DNA of 64,000 bases, taken from assembly GCA_046290465.1 (NCBI GenBank), contig JBKAGP010000001.1, positions 5,664,001 through 5,728,000 on the forward strand, read 5' to 3'. The position numbers were made by a program, and so were the translations under genes. The notes beneath the pieces were generated by a model. It saw nothing but the letters and a program-made list of their open reading frames with translations, made no database searches and was not told where the DNA came from. Below, in pieces: positions 1 through 9,518 of the stretch. Numbering within the stretch: the first letter of the stretch is position 1; every line of letters begins with the position of its first letter. The stretch is from Planctomycetota bacterium. Its GTDB lineage: Bacteria; Planctomycetota; UBA1135; UBA2386.

Positions 1-639
1 GTGCAGGCCGCCGGCCGCCGCGCGCTCGAGGCCGGCGTGTCGACCGACGTGGCCTTCGCGGTGCTGCGCGAGATCCGCGCGGCCTGTCCCGATACGCCGT
101 GCAACCTGCTGGTCTACGGCAACCTGGTGCACGCGCGCGGCTACGACCGGTTCTGTCGCGACGCGGTGTGCGCCGGCGCCAGTTCGCTGCTGGTGCCGGA
201 CATTCCGCTCGAGGAGGGCGCCGACCTGCGCGCGGCCTGCGCGGCCCACGACCTCGGCACCGTGCTGCTGGCCGGACCGCGCACGCCGGACGCCAGGCTG
301 CGCGCGATCGACGCCGCGGCCGATGCGTTCGTCTACCTGGCCGGCCACCAGGGCATCACCGGGGCACAGGGCTCCGGCGACGAGCAGCGACGCGCGCTGG
401 TCCGGCGCGTGCGCGAGGTCGTGCAGGGCCCCCTCTGCGTCGGCTTCGGACTCGGCGCGCGCGAACACGTGCAGGCCGTGCACGAAGCCGGCGCCGAACT
501 CGCGGTGGTCGGCAGCCACCTGCTGCGCGTGCTCGCCGACGCGCACCGTCGACATCGAGGCGACGTGCAGCCGGTGCTGCGCGCCGTCACCCAGGCATTC
601 CAACAGCTGATTGAGAAGGAGAACCCCCAGTGCTCGTGA
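1..639 (+). CDS. trpA: Tryptophan synthase alpha subunit (5'-truncated by window edge)
   Basis: IQ.A..RAL-like start, LLVYGN, LLVPDIPLEE, GITG, CVGFG, VVGS motifs; overlaps the aroF start. Confidence 0.9.
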   Translation: MQAAGRRALEAGVSTDVAFAVLREIRAACPDTPCNLLVYGNLVHARGYDRFCRDAVCAGASSLLVPDIPLEEGADLRAACAAHDLGTVLLAGPRTPDARLRAIDAAADAFVYLAGHQGITGAQGSGDEQRRALVRRVREVVQGPLCVGFGLGAREHVQAVHEAGAELAVVGSHLLRVLADAHRRHRGDVQPVLRAVTQAFQQLIEKENPQCS

Positions 640-1637
640 TCCTGCACCCCGACTGCACCGTCGCCGACGTGGCGGCGGTCGAAGACACCATCAAGAACCT
701 CGGCTACACGCCGATCCCGGTGCCCGGCCCGAGCCGGACGGCGATCTGCGTGACCGGCAACCGCGGGCCGGTCGACCCGGCGCCGTTCGCGCGGCTGTCG
801 GGCGTCGTCGACACGATCGCCGTGACCAAGCCCTACAAGCTGGTCAGCCGCGAGACCCGCCAGGACGACTCGGTCGTGATGGTCGGCGACGTGCCGATCG
901 GCGGCGACTCCGCACCGGTGCTGGTCGCCGGACCGTGCAGCGTCGAGACCGAGGCCCGCACGATGGCGATCGCCGAGGCGGTCGCGGCGGCCGGCGCCCG
1001 GCTGTTCCGCGCCGGCGCGTTCAAGCCGCGCACCAGCCCGTACGACTTCCAGGGGCTCGGTGTCGAAGGGCTGCGCACGCTCGCGCACGTGCGCGAGTCG
1101 ACCGGCCTGCGCATCGTCTCCGAGGTCATCGACGCCAACGACGTGCCGGTGATGGCCGAGCACGTCGACGTGCTGCAGGTCGGCGCGCGCAACATGCAGA
1201 ACTTCGCGCTGCTGAAGGCGCTCGCCGACGTCGATCGCCCGGTCCTGCTGAAGCGCGGTCCGTCGGCGACGCTGCAGGAGTGGTTGATGGCGGCCGAGTA
1301 CCTGCTGGCCGGCGGCAACCCCGACGTGATCCTGTGCGAGCGCGGCATCCGCACGTTCTCGGACCATGCGCGCAACACGCTCGACCTCAACGTGGTGCCC
1401 GCGGTGCGCGAACTGTCGCACCTGCCGGTGCTGGTCGATCCGTCGCACGGGGTCGGCAAGCGCATGCGGGTGCGCGCGATGGCGCGCGCCGGCATCGCCT
1501 GCGGGGCGCACGGCCTGCTGGTCGAGGCGCACACCGACCCGTCGACCGCTTACACCGACGCGCAGCAGACGGTCGACGTGGCGACCGTCGAGGGCATCGT
1601 CGCCGACATGGCCGTGCTGTCACAGCTGGCCGGCTGA
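630..1637 (+). CDS. aroF: DAHP synthase type I-beta with N-terminal regulatory domain
   Basis: AGPCSVE, FKPRTSPYDFQG, QVGARNMQNF, LLKRG, CERGIRTF, DPSHG motifs; GTG start. Confidence 0.95.
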   Translation: MLVILHPDCTVADVAAVEDTIKNLGYTPIPVPGPSRTAICVTGNRGPVDPAPFARLSGVVDTIAVTKPYKLVSRETRQDDSVVMVGDVPIGGDSAPVLVAGPCSVETEARTMAIAEAVAAAGARLFRAGAFKPRTSPYDFQGLGVEGLRTLAHVRESTGLRIVSEVIDANDVPVMAEHVDVLQVGARNMQNFALLKALADVDRPVLLKRGPSATLQEWLMAAEYLLAGGNPDVILCERGIRTFSDHARNTLDLNVVPAVRELSHLPVLVDPSHGVGKRMRVRAMARAGIACGAHGLLVEAHTDPSTAYTDAQQTVDVATVEGIVADMAVLSQLAG

Positions 1638-1647
1638 CGGCGCGGCG

Positions 1648-2277
1648 CTACTCGTAGAACGTGACCGTGCCGGTCTCGATGTCGTACATCGCGCCGACGA
1701 TCGCGATCTCGCCGGCTTCGCACATCTCGCGCAGCACGTCGCTCTGCTCGGTCATGCGTTCGACGACCATGCGCACGTTCTTCTCGGCCACGGCCTGCAC
1801 GAACGACGCGTTGCCGGAGGTGCGCTGGGCTTTGTCGGTGGGGGCGTCGACCGCCTCGACCGCGGGCTGGATGTGCGACAGCAGCTTGGTCAGGTTGCCG
1901 AGCTCGACGTGATCACAGGCGCCCTTGACGGCGCCGCAGTGCGAGTGGCCGAGCACTACGATCAGCTTGGAGCCGGCGACCTTGCAGCTGAACTCGAGGC
2001 TGCCCAGGATCTCCTCGGTGACGCAGTTGCCGGCGATGCGGACGCTGAAGATGTCGCCGATGCCCTGGTCGAACACCAGCTCGGCGGGCACGCGCGAGTC
2101 GATGCAGCCGAGCACGACGGCGAACGGCCACTGCCCCTGGCGCGTCTCCAGGACCTGTCGCTGCAGGTCGCGGTTGGTGCGCAGGTTCTCGAGGAACCGG
2201 CGGTTGCCTTCGGCGAGGAACTCCTGCGCGCGCTTCGGGGTGACGGTCGCTTGCGTTTCGGATGTGTGCGTGTGCAT
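1648..2277 (-). CDS. Beta-class carbonic anhydrase
   Basis: GNRRF, CIDSRV, GHSHCGAV zinc ligands; real start MHTHTSETQ lies inside the longer listed ORF. Confidence 0.95.
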   Translation of the reverse strand: MHTHTSETQATVTPKRAQEFLAEGNRRFLENLRTNRDLQRQVLETRQGQWPFAVVLGCIDSRVPAELVFDQGIGDIFSVRIAGNCVTEEILGSLEFSCKVAGSKLIVVLGHSHCGAVKGACDHVELGNLTKLLSHIQPAVEAVDAPTDKAQRTSGNASFVQAVAEKNVRMVVERMTEQSDVLREMCEAGEIAIVGAMYDIETGTVTFYE

Positions 2278-2282
2278 GTGTC

Positions 2283-3821
2283 TCAGGATTGGGGTGCGGC
2301 GTTGGCCACGACTTCGAGCTGGATGTTGCGGTCCTTGGCGTTGACGCGGAAGTCCTCGATGACCTCGAGCACGTCGCGGTCGATGTCGACGCACTTGCTG
2401 GTGTCGATCACCACGACGCTGTCGTTCGGCACGATGCTCAGCTCGCGGATGATCGCGCCCTTGTTGAGGAACGTGACCTCTTCCGAGAGCCGGATGTGCA
2501 CGCGGTGCTGGCCGGTCTTGCTGTCGTTCTCCTGCAGGTGCAGGAAGTGCGAGTTCTGGTAGTTGCGGCGCAGCAGCACGATGATCGCGACCGCCATGCC
2601 GAGCGCGATGCCGGTCAACAGGTCGGTGAACACGATGCCGAGCACGGTCGTGACGAACGGGATGAACTGGCTCCAGCCGCGGCGGTACATCGTCGCGAAC
2701 AGCGACGGCTTGGCGAGCTTGTAGCCGACCACGAACAGGATGCTCGCCAGGACCGCGAGCGGCACCAGGTTGAGCACCGCTGGGATCGCCATCACGGCCA
2801 GCAGCAGGAACACGCCGTGCAGGATCGCCGACATCTTGCTGACCGCACCCGATTGGATGTTGGCCGAGCTGCGCACGATCACCTGCGTGATCGGCAGGCC
2901 GCCGATCAGGCCGGACAGCGAGTTGCCGACGCCCTGCGCGACCAGTTCGCGGTTGGTCGGCGTGACGCGCTTGTGCGGATCGAGCTTGTCGGTCGCCTCG
3001 AGGCACAGCAGCGTCTCGAGGCTGCCGACGACCGCGATGGTGCCGGCCATCAGCCAGACCGCGCTGTTGCCGAGCGCGCTCCAGTCCGGCGTCGTGAACT
3101 GCTGCAGCGCCTCGTCGAACGTCTCGGGCGTCGGCACCGACACCAGGTGGCTCGGCTCGATCGCCATGCCCGGCATGAAGCGCGTCGTGATCAGCTGGTA
3201 GACGATGCCGAACGCGACCGCGACCAGCGGGCCCTGCACGACCTTGAAGAAGCCGCCGCGCTTGCTGAGCACGTTGTCCCAGACGAGCAGGATGACCAGC
3301 GCCGCGACCGCCACCAGCGTCGCGTTCCAGTTGACGTGCTCGACCGCCTGCAGCATCTCGGTGAACGTGTTCTCGCCGTCCGGCTGGTTGAAGCGGGTGT
3401 CGCCCTCGGGGTCCTTGTCCCAGCCGAACGCGTGCGGGATCTGCTTGAGGAAGATCAGCGTGCCGATGCCGGCCAACATCCCGCGGATGACGGCCGACGG
3501 GAAGAAGTAGCCGAGCACCCCGGCGCGCGCGAAGCCGAGCGCGATCTGCACGAAGCCTGACAGGAACCCTGCCAGCAGGAATGCCTCGAAGCCGAGCTCG
3601 GTGATCGCCTGCGCGACGATCACGGCGAGGCCGGCGGCGGGGCCGGAGACGCCGAGCGGTGAGCCGCTGAGCGAGCCGACGACGATGCCGCCGATGATGC
3701 CCGCGATCAGGCCGGCGAACAGCGGCGCGCCGCTGGCCAGCGCGATGCCGAGGCAGAGCGGCACCGCGACGAAGAAGACGACGATGCTGGCGGGGAGGTC
3801 CTGCCGGATGCTTGGTTTCAT
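2283..3821 (-). CDS. SulP/SLC26 anion (likely bicarbonate) transporter with STAS-like C-terminus
   Basis: DLPASIVVFFVAVPLCLGIA, VSGPAAGL, NRELVAQGVGN, VIVRSSANI; adjacent to carbonic anhydrase. Confidence 0.95.
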   Translation of the reverse strand: MKPSIRQDLPASIVVFFVAVPLCLGIALASGAPLFAGLIAGIIGGIVVGSLSGSPLGVSGPAAGLAVIVAQAITELGFEAFLLAGFLSGFVQIALGFARAGVLGYFFPSAVIRGMLAGIGTLIFLKQIPHAFGWDKDPEGDTRFNQPDGENTFTEMLQAVEHVNWNATLVAVAALVILLVWDNVLSKRGGFFKVVQGPLVAVAFGIVYQLITTRFMPGMAIEPSHLVSVPTPETFDEALQQFTTPDWSALGNSAVWLMAGTIAVVGSLETLLCLEATDKLDPHKRVTPTNRELVAQGVGNSLSGLIGGLPITQVIVRSSANIQSGAVSKMSAILHGVFLLLAVMAIPAVLNLVPLAVLASILFVVGYKLAKPSLFATMYRRGWSQFIPFVTTVLGIVFTDLLTGIALGMAVAIIVLLRRNYQNSHFLHLQENDSKTGQHRVHIRLSEEVTFLNKGAIIRELSIVPNDSVVVIDTSKCVDIDRDVLEVIEDFRVNAKDRNIQLEVVANAAPQS

Positions 3822-3918
3822 GTCGGAGCGTGTGTGGCGCCAGCACTTCGGCTCGGGCCAGACAGGCACTATCGGGGCAGGGCTACCGTTCAGATAGTTG
3901 TATTTCGTTGACCCGGAG

Positions 3919-3935
3919 CGTCAATTGAACTGACG
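3919..3935. promoter_or_regulatory. Putative LysR recognition site
   Basis: Perfect dyad CGTCA-ATTGAAC-TGACG containing T-N11-A, in the AT-richer divergent sulP/nhaR intergenic region; overlapping dyad TTGAC-N7-GTCAA at 3908-3924. Confidence 0.55.
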
Positions 3936-3978
3936 GTGCCGCCCAATGCCATGGGAGCTTGCCGCCGGACCCGTCGCC

Positions 3979-4893
3979 ATGGAGTGGCTGAACTACCACC
4001 ATCTGTACTACTTCTGGCACGTCGCCCGCGAGGGCAGCGTCGCGGCAGCCAGCCGGCAGCTGCACGTCGGCCGGCCGGCGATCAGCATGCAGCTGAAGAG
4101 CCTCGAGCAGTTCGTCGGCTCGCCGCTGTTCCATCGTCGCGGCCGCCACATGGAGCTGACCAAGACGGGCGAGACGGTGCTGACCTACGCCGACGACATC
4201 TTTGCGACCGGCCGCGAACTGGTCGACGTGCTGCGCGGCCGACCGACCGGGCGCCCGCAGCGGTTCCGCATCGGCATCGCCGACGTGATGGCCAAGATCG
4301 TCGCGTTCCAGCTGCTGCTGCCGGCGCTCGACGCCGACTCGCAGACCGTGCTCGAGTGCCGCGAGGACGAACCGCAGCGGCTGTTCGCGCAGCTGGCCGT
4401 GCACGAACTGGACCTGGTGCTGTCCGACATGCCGATGGCGCCCGGCCTCGACGTGTCGGCCTTCAGCCACGTCGTCGGCGAGTCGAACACGACGCTGTTC
4501 GCGACCCGGGAGCTGGCCGAGCAGCTGCTGCCGGGCTTCCCCGACTCGCTCGACGGGGCGCCGTTCCTGATGCCGTCGACGACCGCGGCGATCCGCAAGT
4601 CGCTCGAACACTGGCTCGAACAACGCGACCTGCGCCCGTCGGTGGTCGCCGAGTTCGAGGACGCGGCGTTGATGAAGGTGTTCGGCCAGGCCGGCCGCGG
4701 CGCGTTCTCCGGACCGACCGTGGTCGCGGCGCAGATCTGCGCCAACTACTCGGTCGTGCCGATCGGCGTGCTCGAGGGCGTGCGCGAGCGCTACTACGCG
4801 ATCTCGCCCGAACGGAAGATCCGCCACCCGGGCGTCGCTCGGATCGTCGAGAGCGCCAAGGAGGGCATCTTCGCCGGCGGCGCTGCGTCCTGA
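3979..4893 (+). CDS. nhaR: NhaR-like LysR-family regulator
   Basis: MEWLNYHHLYYFW N-terminus, LAVHELDLVLSD, EFEDAALMKVFG, ERKIRHP. Confidence 0.85.
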   Translation: MEWLNYHHLYYFWHVAREGSVAAASRQLHVGRPAISMQLKSLEQFVGSPLFHRRGRHMELTKTGETVLTYADDIFATGRELVDVLRGRPTGRPQRFRIGIADVMAKIVAFQLLLPALDADSQTVLECREDEPQRLFAQLAVHELDLVLSDMPMAPGLDVSAFSHVVGESNTTLFATRELAEQLLPGFPDSLDGAPFLMPSTTAAIRKSLEHWLEQRDLRPSVVAEFEDAALMKVFGQAGRGAFSGPTVVAAQICANYSVVPIGVLEGVRERYYAISPERKIRHPGVARIVESAKEGIFAGGAAS

Positions 4894-4903
4894 CGCGATC
4901 GCG

Positions 4904-5953
4904 TCAGCGCACGGCGGGCTCGCGCACCAGCTGCGCCAGCGCGCGCACCCACGGCCGTTCGGCGTTGACGCACGGCACCGCCAGCAGGTCCTCGCCGCCG
5001 GCCGCGACGAACGTCTGCTTCGCCTGCATGCCGATCTCCTCGATGGTCTCGAGGCAGTCGGCGACGAACGACGGGCACAGCACCGCCAGCCGCCGCGTGC
5101 CTTCGCCGGGCAGCTGCTCGAGGCGCACGTCGGTGAACGGCTGGATCCACTTGCGGGTCAGCCGCGACTGGAACGCGACCTCGTAGTCGTCGTCGCCGAG
5201 GCCGAGCCGTTCGGCCACGCCGCGCGCGGTGGCGTAGCACTGCGCGCGGTAGCAGAACCGGTTGGCGTGCGTGATCGTGCCGCAGCAGTCCTGCTGCTGG
5301 AGGCAGTGGCTGCCGCTCGTGTCGCTCTTCTGCACGTGCTTCTCGGGCAGGCCGTGGAAGCTCATCAGGACGCGGTCGGCGCCGAACGCGTCGAGGTGCG
5401 GGCGCGAGACCTCGGCGACCGCGTCGAGGAACGCCGCGTGCTCGAAGAACGGCGGCACGAAGCGCAGGTTGGGCGTGTTCTGCATGCGGCCGGCGACGCG
5501 CACGACCTCGTCGTACGCCGACGCCCACGCGGCCTGCGAGTACTGCGGGAACAGCGGCACGACCACGACGTCGTCGACCCCGTGCGTCGCCAGCTCCGCG
5601 AGCGCCGCCGTCACCGACGGGTTCTGGTAGCGCATCGCCAGGGCGACGCGCACGTCGGGGCCAAGTTCGTCCTGCAGGTTGGTGACGAGGTCCTGGCCGT
5701 GGAACAGCAGCGGCGAGCCGCGTTCGGTCCAGACCTTCCGGTAGGCCTCGGCCGACTTCGCCGGCCGGGTGCGCAGGATGATGCCGTGCACCAGTGCGGC
5801 CCGGCCGAGCCAGGGGATGTCGATGACGCGCGGGTCCATCAAGAACTGCGCGAGGTAGCGACGCACGTCGGCGACCTCGGTCGAGTCGGGGGTGCCGAGG
5901 TTGACGAGCAGGACGCCGGTCGGGCGTCGGTCGGGGGTGGCGGTGGCCGTCAT
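4904..5953 (-). CDS. hemH: Ferrochelatase with Cys-rich insert (probable [2Fe-2S] type)
   Basis: LLVNLGTP, SPLL, PLFPQYS, SFHGLP, FQSR, FVADCLETIEEI; C-x5-CC-x9-C insert. Confidence 0.95.
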   Translation of the reverse strand: MTATATPDRRPTGVLLVNLGTPDSTEVADVRRYLAQFLMDPRVIDIPWLGRAALVHGIILRTRPAKSAEAYRKVWTERGSPLLFHGQDLVTNLQDELGPDVRVALAMRYQNPSVTAALAELATHGVDDVVVVPLFPQYSQAAWASAYDEVVRVAGRMQNTPNLRFVPPFFEHAAFLDAVAEVSRPHLDAFGADRVLMSFHGLPEKHVQKSDTSGSHCLQQQDCCGTITHANRFCYRAQCYATARGVAERLGLGDDDYEVAFQSRLTRKWIQPFTDVRLEQLPGEGTRRLAVLCPSFVADCLETIEEIGMQAKQTFVAAGGEDLLAVPCVNAERPWVRALAQLVREPAVR

Positions 5954-6789
5954 CGTTGGTTGCACAAGATCGAGTAGCCCGCGCGGAAGTCGGGCACGTC
6001 CGGTTCGAACCCGCTGTCGCGCAGGCGGGTGTTGCGGCAGCGCTTGTCGCCGCCGCGGCCGGCGAACGAATCGCTCGGCGCCGGCAGCGCGACCCCGAGC
6101 CGTTCGGCGAGCCAAGCGTAGACCTCGCGCAGGTCGGCCGGCTCGTCGTCGACGACGACGTCGACCGGGTCGGGGTCGGCCAGGGTGAGCGCATGCACGA
6201 TCGCCTTCGCGCCGTCGTCGCGCCAGATGCGGTTGCCGTGCACGGCGCGCCGCGGCGGCGCCGCCTCGCCGCTGGCGATGCGGTCGAGCAGCCGGGTCCG
6301 TCCCGGGCCGTAGATGCCGGCGAAGCGCAGCGCGACCGAATGGAACGGGCCGCCGGCGAACACGGCTTCGCCGTCGAGCACGGCGCGGCCGCGGAAGTCC
6401 GCGGGCGAGGTCGCGGTCGCCTCGTCGACGTCGGCGCCGTCGGTGCGGTGCCAGACGCTGGTGCTGCCGACCAGGACGGCGCGCTGCACCGGATCGCCGC
6501 GCTGCGCCAGGAAGTCGAGCAGGCGGGCCGGCCCGTCGACGTAGGCGCGGCGATAGCCTTGTTCGTCGGACGTCGGCGACATCGCCCAGACGACCGCGTC
6601 GAGCCGCGGCGGCAGGGCCGAGAGGTCGTCGTCGAGCAGGTCGATCGCGACCGACGTGGCCCCTTCGGGCAGCCGGACCGCCGTGCGCCGCACGCCGAAC
6701 ACCTCGTCGCCGCGGCGCCGCAGCAGCGCGGCGGTGGCCGCGCCGACGTAGCCGCACCCGGCGATCAGCACGCGCGCGCGGCCGTTCAT
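5950..6789 (-). CDS. Atypical SDR / NAD-dependent epimerase-dehydratase (YeeZ-like)
   Basis: LIAGCGYVG Rossmann motif, LRFAGIYGPGR, NRIWRDD; ATGA overlaps with both neighbours. Confidence 0.8.
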   Translation of the reverse strand: MNGRARVLIAGCGYVGAATAALLRRRGDEVFGVRRTAVRLPEGATSVAIDLLDDDLSALPPRLDAVVWAMSPTSDEQGYRRAYVDGPARLLDFLAQRGDPVQRAVLVGSTSVWHRTDGADVDEATATSPADFRGRAVLDGEAVFAGGPFHSVALRFAGIYGPGRTRLLDRIASGEAAPPRRAVHGNRIWRDDGAKAIVHALTLADPDPVDVVVDDEPADLREVYAWLAERLGVALPAPSDSFAGRGGDKRCRNTRLRDSGFEPDVPDFRAGYSILCNQR

Positions 6790-8117
6790 GGCGTGCTCCC
6801 TTCGGCGGACCACTGGCCGACGACCGAGACCTTGCGGTAGCCGGCGCCGCGCAGCGACAGGCCGCGGTGCTGCGACAGCCGTTCGGCGATCGCGCGCAGC
6901 CGCGCGGTGTGGCCGCGCACGTACTGCGGGATCGCGTTGCGGGCGCGCGACACGTAGCGCAGCGACGGCGCGCGGTCGATGCCGAGCAGGTCCTGCAGCA
7001 CGGTGGTCGCCTGCCGCATCAGGCTGTCGTCGCTGCGTTCGACCTCGTGGGGGTGCGCGAAGCCGCCGGACATGACGCGGAACAGCGTGTGCCCGTCCGG
7101 GGCCTGGTGCGGGAACACCGACGACGTGAAGATCGCGCCGAGCACCGGATCGAGTTCGCGCTGCGGCGCCAGAAAGCCGAACCCGGTGGCGTGCTCCGGC
7201 ACCGCGTCCCGTTCGAAGCCGATGTAGGTGCTGGCGACCGACGCCGACGGAACCTCGGCGAGCACGTCGCTGAGCTGCTGGTCGAGCGGCAGCAGCAGGC
7301 GCGCGGCCTGGGCCGGCGGTGCCGTGATGCAGACCTGCGGTGCCGAGAACTGCTGGCGATCGCCGTGCACCAGGTAGCCGTCGCCGCTGGGCGCGACGGC
7401 GCGCACCGGCGCATCGGTCCGCACGCGGTCGCCGAGCCGGCTGGCGAGCGTCTCGACGCTGTGCTGCATGCCGCGTCCGAACGTGCACACGACCGGCCGT
7501 TGGGGCACGCCGGCGGCGCGGCGGGCCCGGCTGCGCGCGGCCATGCCGCGGAACAGGCTGCCGTGCTCGCGCTCGAGGTCGGTCGCGATCGGCAGCGTCG
7601 CCGCGATCTCGAGCTGGTGCGCGTCGCCGGCGTAGATGCCGTGCATCATCGCCTCGGCGATCGGCACCGCGGCCCGCCCGAAGCGCCGCCGCACGAAGCC
7701 GGCGACCGACTCGCCGGCTGCACTGCTGCTGCGCACGCGCGGCTCCCACAGCAGCCGCAGCTTGCCGGCGGTCGACAGCAGCCGCGAGCGCAGCAGCGCG
7801 CCGGGCCTGCCGGGCAGCTGGTGCAGCCGCCCGCCGCGTACGACCAGGCGGCGCAGCGCCGCGTTCGAGCAACGCACGACGTCCGCCATCAGCCCGGTCC
7901 GTTCGAGGAACGCGTCGACCTCGTCGTCCGGTCGGAAGCCCTGGGGTCCGAGCTCCAGCTGGAAGCCGTCGACGTGGTGCGTCTGGACCCAGCCGCCGAC
8001 GCGGGGCGCGGCCTCGAGCACGCACACGCGCAGTTCGGGCTGGCGCTGCAGCCGCCAGAACGCGTGCCCGAGGCCCGCGGGGCCGCCGCCGATCACGATC
8101 AGGTCGAAGTCCGACAT
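6786..8117 (-). CDS. hemY: Protoporphyrinogen/coproporphyrinogen oxidase (HemY family)
   Basis: IGGGPAGL FAD motif, ELGPQGF, GIYAGD, GFGFL, AIPQY; lies in hem operon. Confidence 0.9.
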   Translation of the reverse strand: MSDFDLIVIGGGPAGLGHAFWRLQRQPELRVCVLEAAPRVGGWVQTHHVDGFQLELGPQGFRPDDEVDAFLERTGLMADVVRCSNAALRRLVVRGGRLHQLPGRPGALLRSRLLSTAGKLRLLWEPRVRSSSAAGESVAGFVRRRFGRAAVPIAEAMMHGIYAGDAHQLEIAATLPIATDLEREHGSLFRGMAARSRARRAAGVPQRPVVCTFGRGMQHSVETLASRLGDRVRTDAPVRAVAPSGDGYLVHGDRQQFSAPQVCITAPPAQAARLLLPLDQQLSDVLAEVPSASVASTYIGFERDAVPEHATGFGFLAPQRELDPVLGAIFTSSVFPHQAPDGHTLFRVMSGGFAHPHEVERSDDSLMRQATTVLQDLLGIDRAPSLRYVSRARNAIPQYVRGHTARLRAIAERLSQHRGLSLRGAGYRKVSVVGQWSAEGSTP

Positions 8118-8133
8118 CCGTGCGCCGCGGCCC

Positions 8134-9513
8134 TCACACCGTCCGCGAGAACTTCGGGCCGTCGCCGCCGGCCTGCTGGCCGGGCAGGTACGCGTCGAAC
8201 GCCATCGCCAGGTTGCGGATCAGCAGCTTGCCGGTGTCGGCGACGTGCAGGCCGGCTTCGTCGATCGTCAGCAGGCCGTCGTCGGCCATCGGTTGCAGCC
8301 GCTCGAGCGCGTCGGCGTAGGTCGAGCGGAATGCGTCACGGCCGCCGTGGTCGTCGTAGTCGAGCGCGAACCGGCACATCAGGTCGAGGATGATGCGGCG
8401 GCGCCGCTCGTCGTCTTCGCTGCGCCGGTGGCCGCGCTGCGTCGGCAGCTCGCCGCGTTCGATCGCCTCGCGCCACGCCTTGACCTCCTTGAGGTTCTGC
8501 GTGAACGCGCCGTCGACCTCGCCGATCGACGTGACGCCGAAGCTGAGCATGTCCTCGGCCGGCCGGGTCGTGTAGCCCATGAAGTTGCGGTGCAGCTTGC
8601 CGGCGTGGGCCGCGACGCACAGTTCGTCGGTGGTCCGCGCGAAGTGGTCCATGCCGATCGCCTCCATGCCGTCGTCGACCAGCGCCTCGAGTGCCTGCCG
8701 GAACAGCGCCTGCTTCTCGGCGCCGGTCGGCATCGCGTCCTCGGGCATCAGCTGCTGGTGCTTCTTCAGCCACGGCACGTGCGCGTAGCTGTAGCAGGCG
8801 ATGCGATCGGGCCGCAGCCTTGCGACCTGTTCGAGCGTGGCGGCGAAGCCGTCGGAGTTCTGGTAGGGCAGGCCGTAGACCAGGTCGAGGTTGACCGAGT
8901 CGAAGCCGAGTTCGCGCGCCTGCTCGACCAGCAGCCGGGTCGTCTCGAACGACTGCACCCGGTGGATCGCCTCCTGGACCTTCGGGTCGAAGTCCTGCAC
9001 GCCCATGCTGATCCGGTGGAAGCCGACCGCGGCGAGCGCCTCGAGGTGGGCGCGCGTGGTGACGCGCGGATCGACCTCGATGCTGACCTCGGCGCCGTCC
9101 TGCAGCGGGAACCGTTCGCACAGGCCTTCGAACAGCCGGCGGCACTGCTCGGGCGGCAGGAACGTCGGCGTGCCGCCGCCCCAGTGGTGCTGCACGACGC
9201 GGCGGTCGGTCTCGCCGAGGTGCTTCTCGACCAGGTCGGCCTCCTGCAGCACCGTGTCGACGTAGCTCCGCGCCTTGTCGCGATCCTGCGTGATCACGAC
9301 GCTGCAGGCGCAGTACCAGCACATGCTCTCGCAGTACGGGACGTGCACGTACAGCGACAGCGGCTCGTCGCCGCGGGCGCCGGCGGCGGCGAGTCGCTGC
9401 CGGTAGTCGTCGGGGCCGAACGCGTCGCTCCAGACCGGCGCGGTCGGGTACGACGTGTAGCGCGGACCCGGGCGGTCGTAGCGTTCGAGCAGTTCGCGGT
9501 CGATCGTGCGCAT
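8134..9513 (-). CDS. hemN: Oxygen-independent coproporphyrinogen III dehydrogenase (radical SAM)
   Basis: GPRYTSYPTA, HVPYCESMCWYC (Cx3Cx2C), GGGTP, RNFMGYTT. Confidence 0.96.
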   Translation of the reverse strand: MRTIDRELLERYDRPGPRYTSYPTAPVWSDAFGPDDYRQRLAAAGARGDEPLSLYVHVPYCESMCWYCACSVVITQDRDKARSYVDTVLQEADLVEKHLGETDRRVVQHHWGGGTPTFLPPEQCRRLFEGLCERFPLQDGAEVSIEVDPRVTTRAHLEALAAVGFHRISMGVQDFDPKVQEAIHRVQSFETTRLLVEQARELGFDSVNLDLVYGLPYQNSDGFAATLEQVARLRPDRIACYSYAHVPWLKKHQQLMPEDAMPTGAEKQALFRQALEALVDDGMEAIGMDHFARTTDELCVAAHAGKLHRNFMGYTTRPAEDMLSFGVTSIGEVDGAFTQNLKEVKAWREAIERGELPTQRGHRRSEDDERRRRIILDLMCRFALDYDDHGGRDAFRSTYADALERLQPMADDGLLTIDEAGLHVADTGKLLIRNLAMAFDAYLPGQQAGGDGPKFSRTV

Positions 9514-9518
9514 GCTTG

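Noticed and set aside
1648..3846. SulP-carbonic anhydrase fusion suggested by the 732-aa ORF
   Set aside because: SulP ends at 2283 in another frame and CA starts at 2277; these are two separate genes
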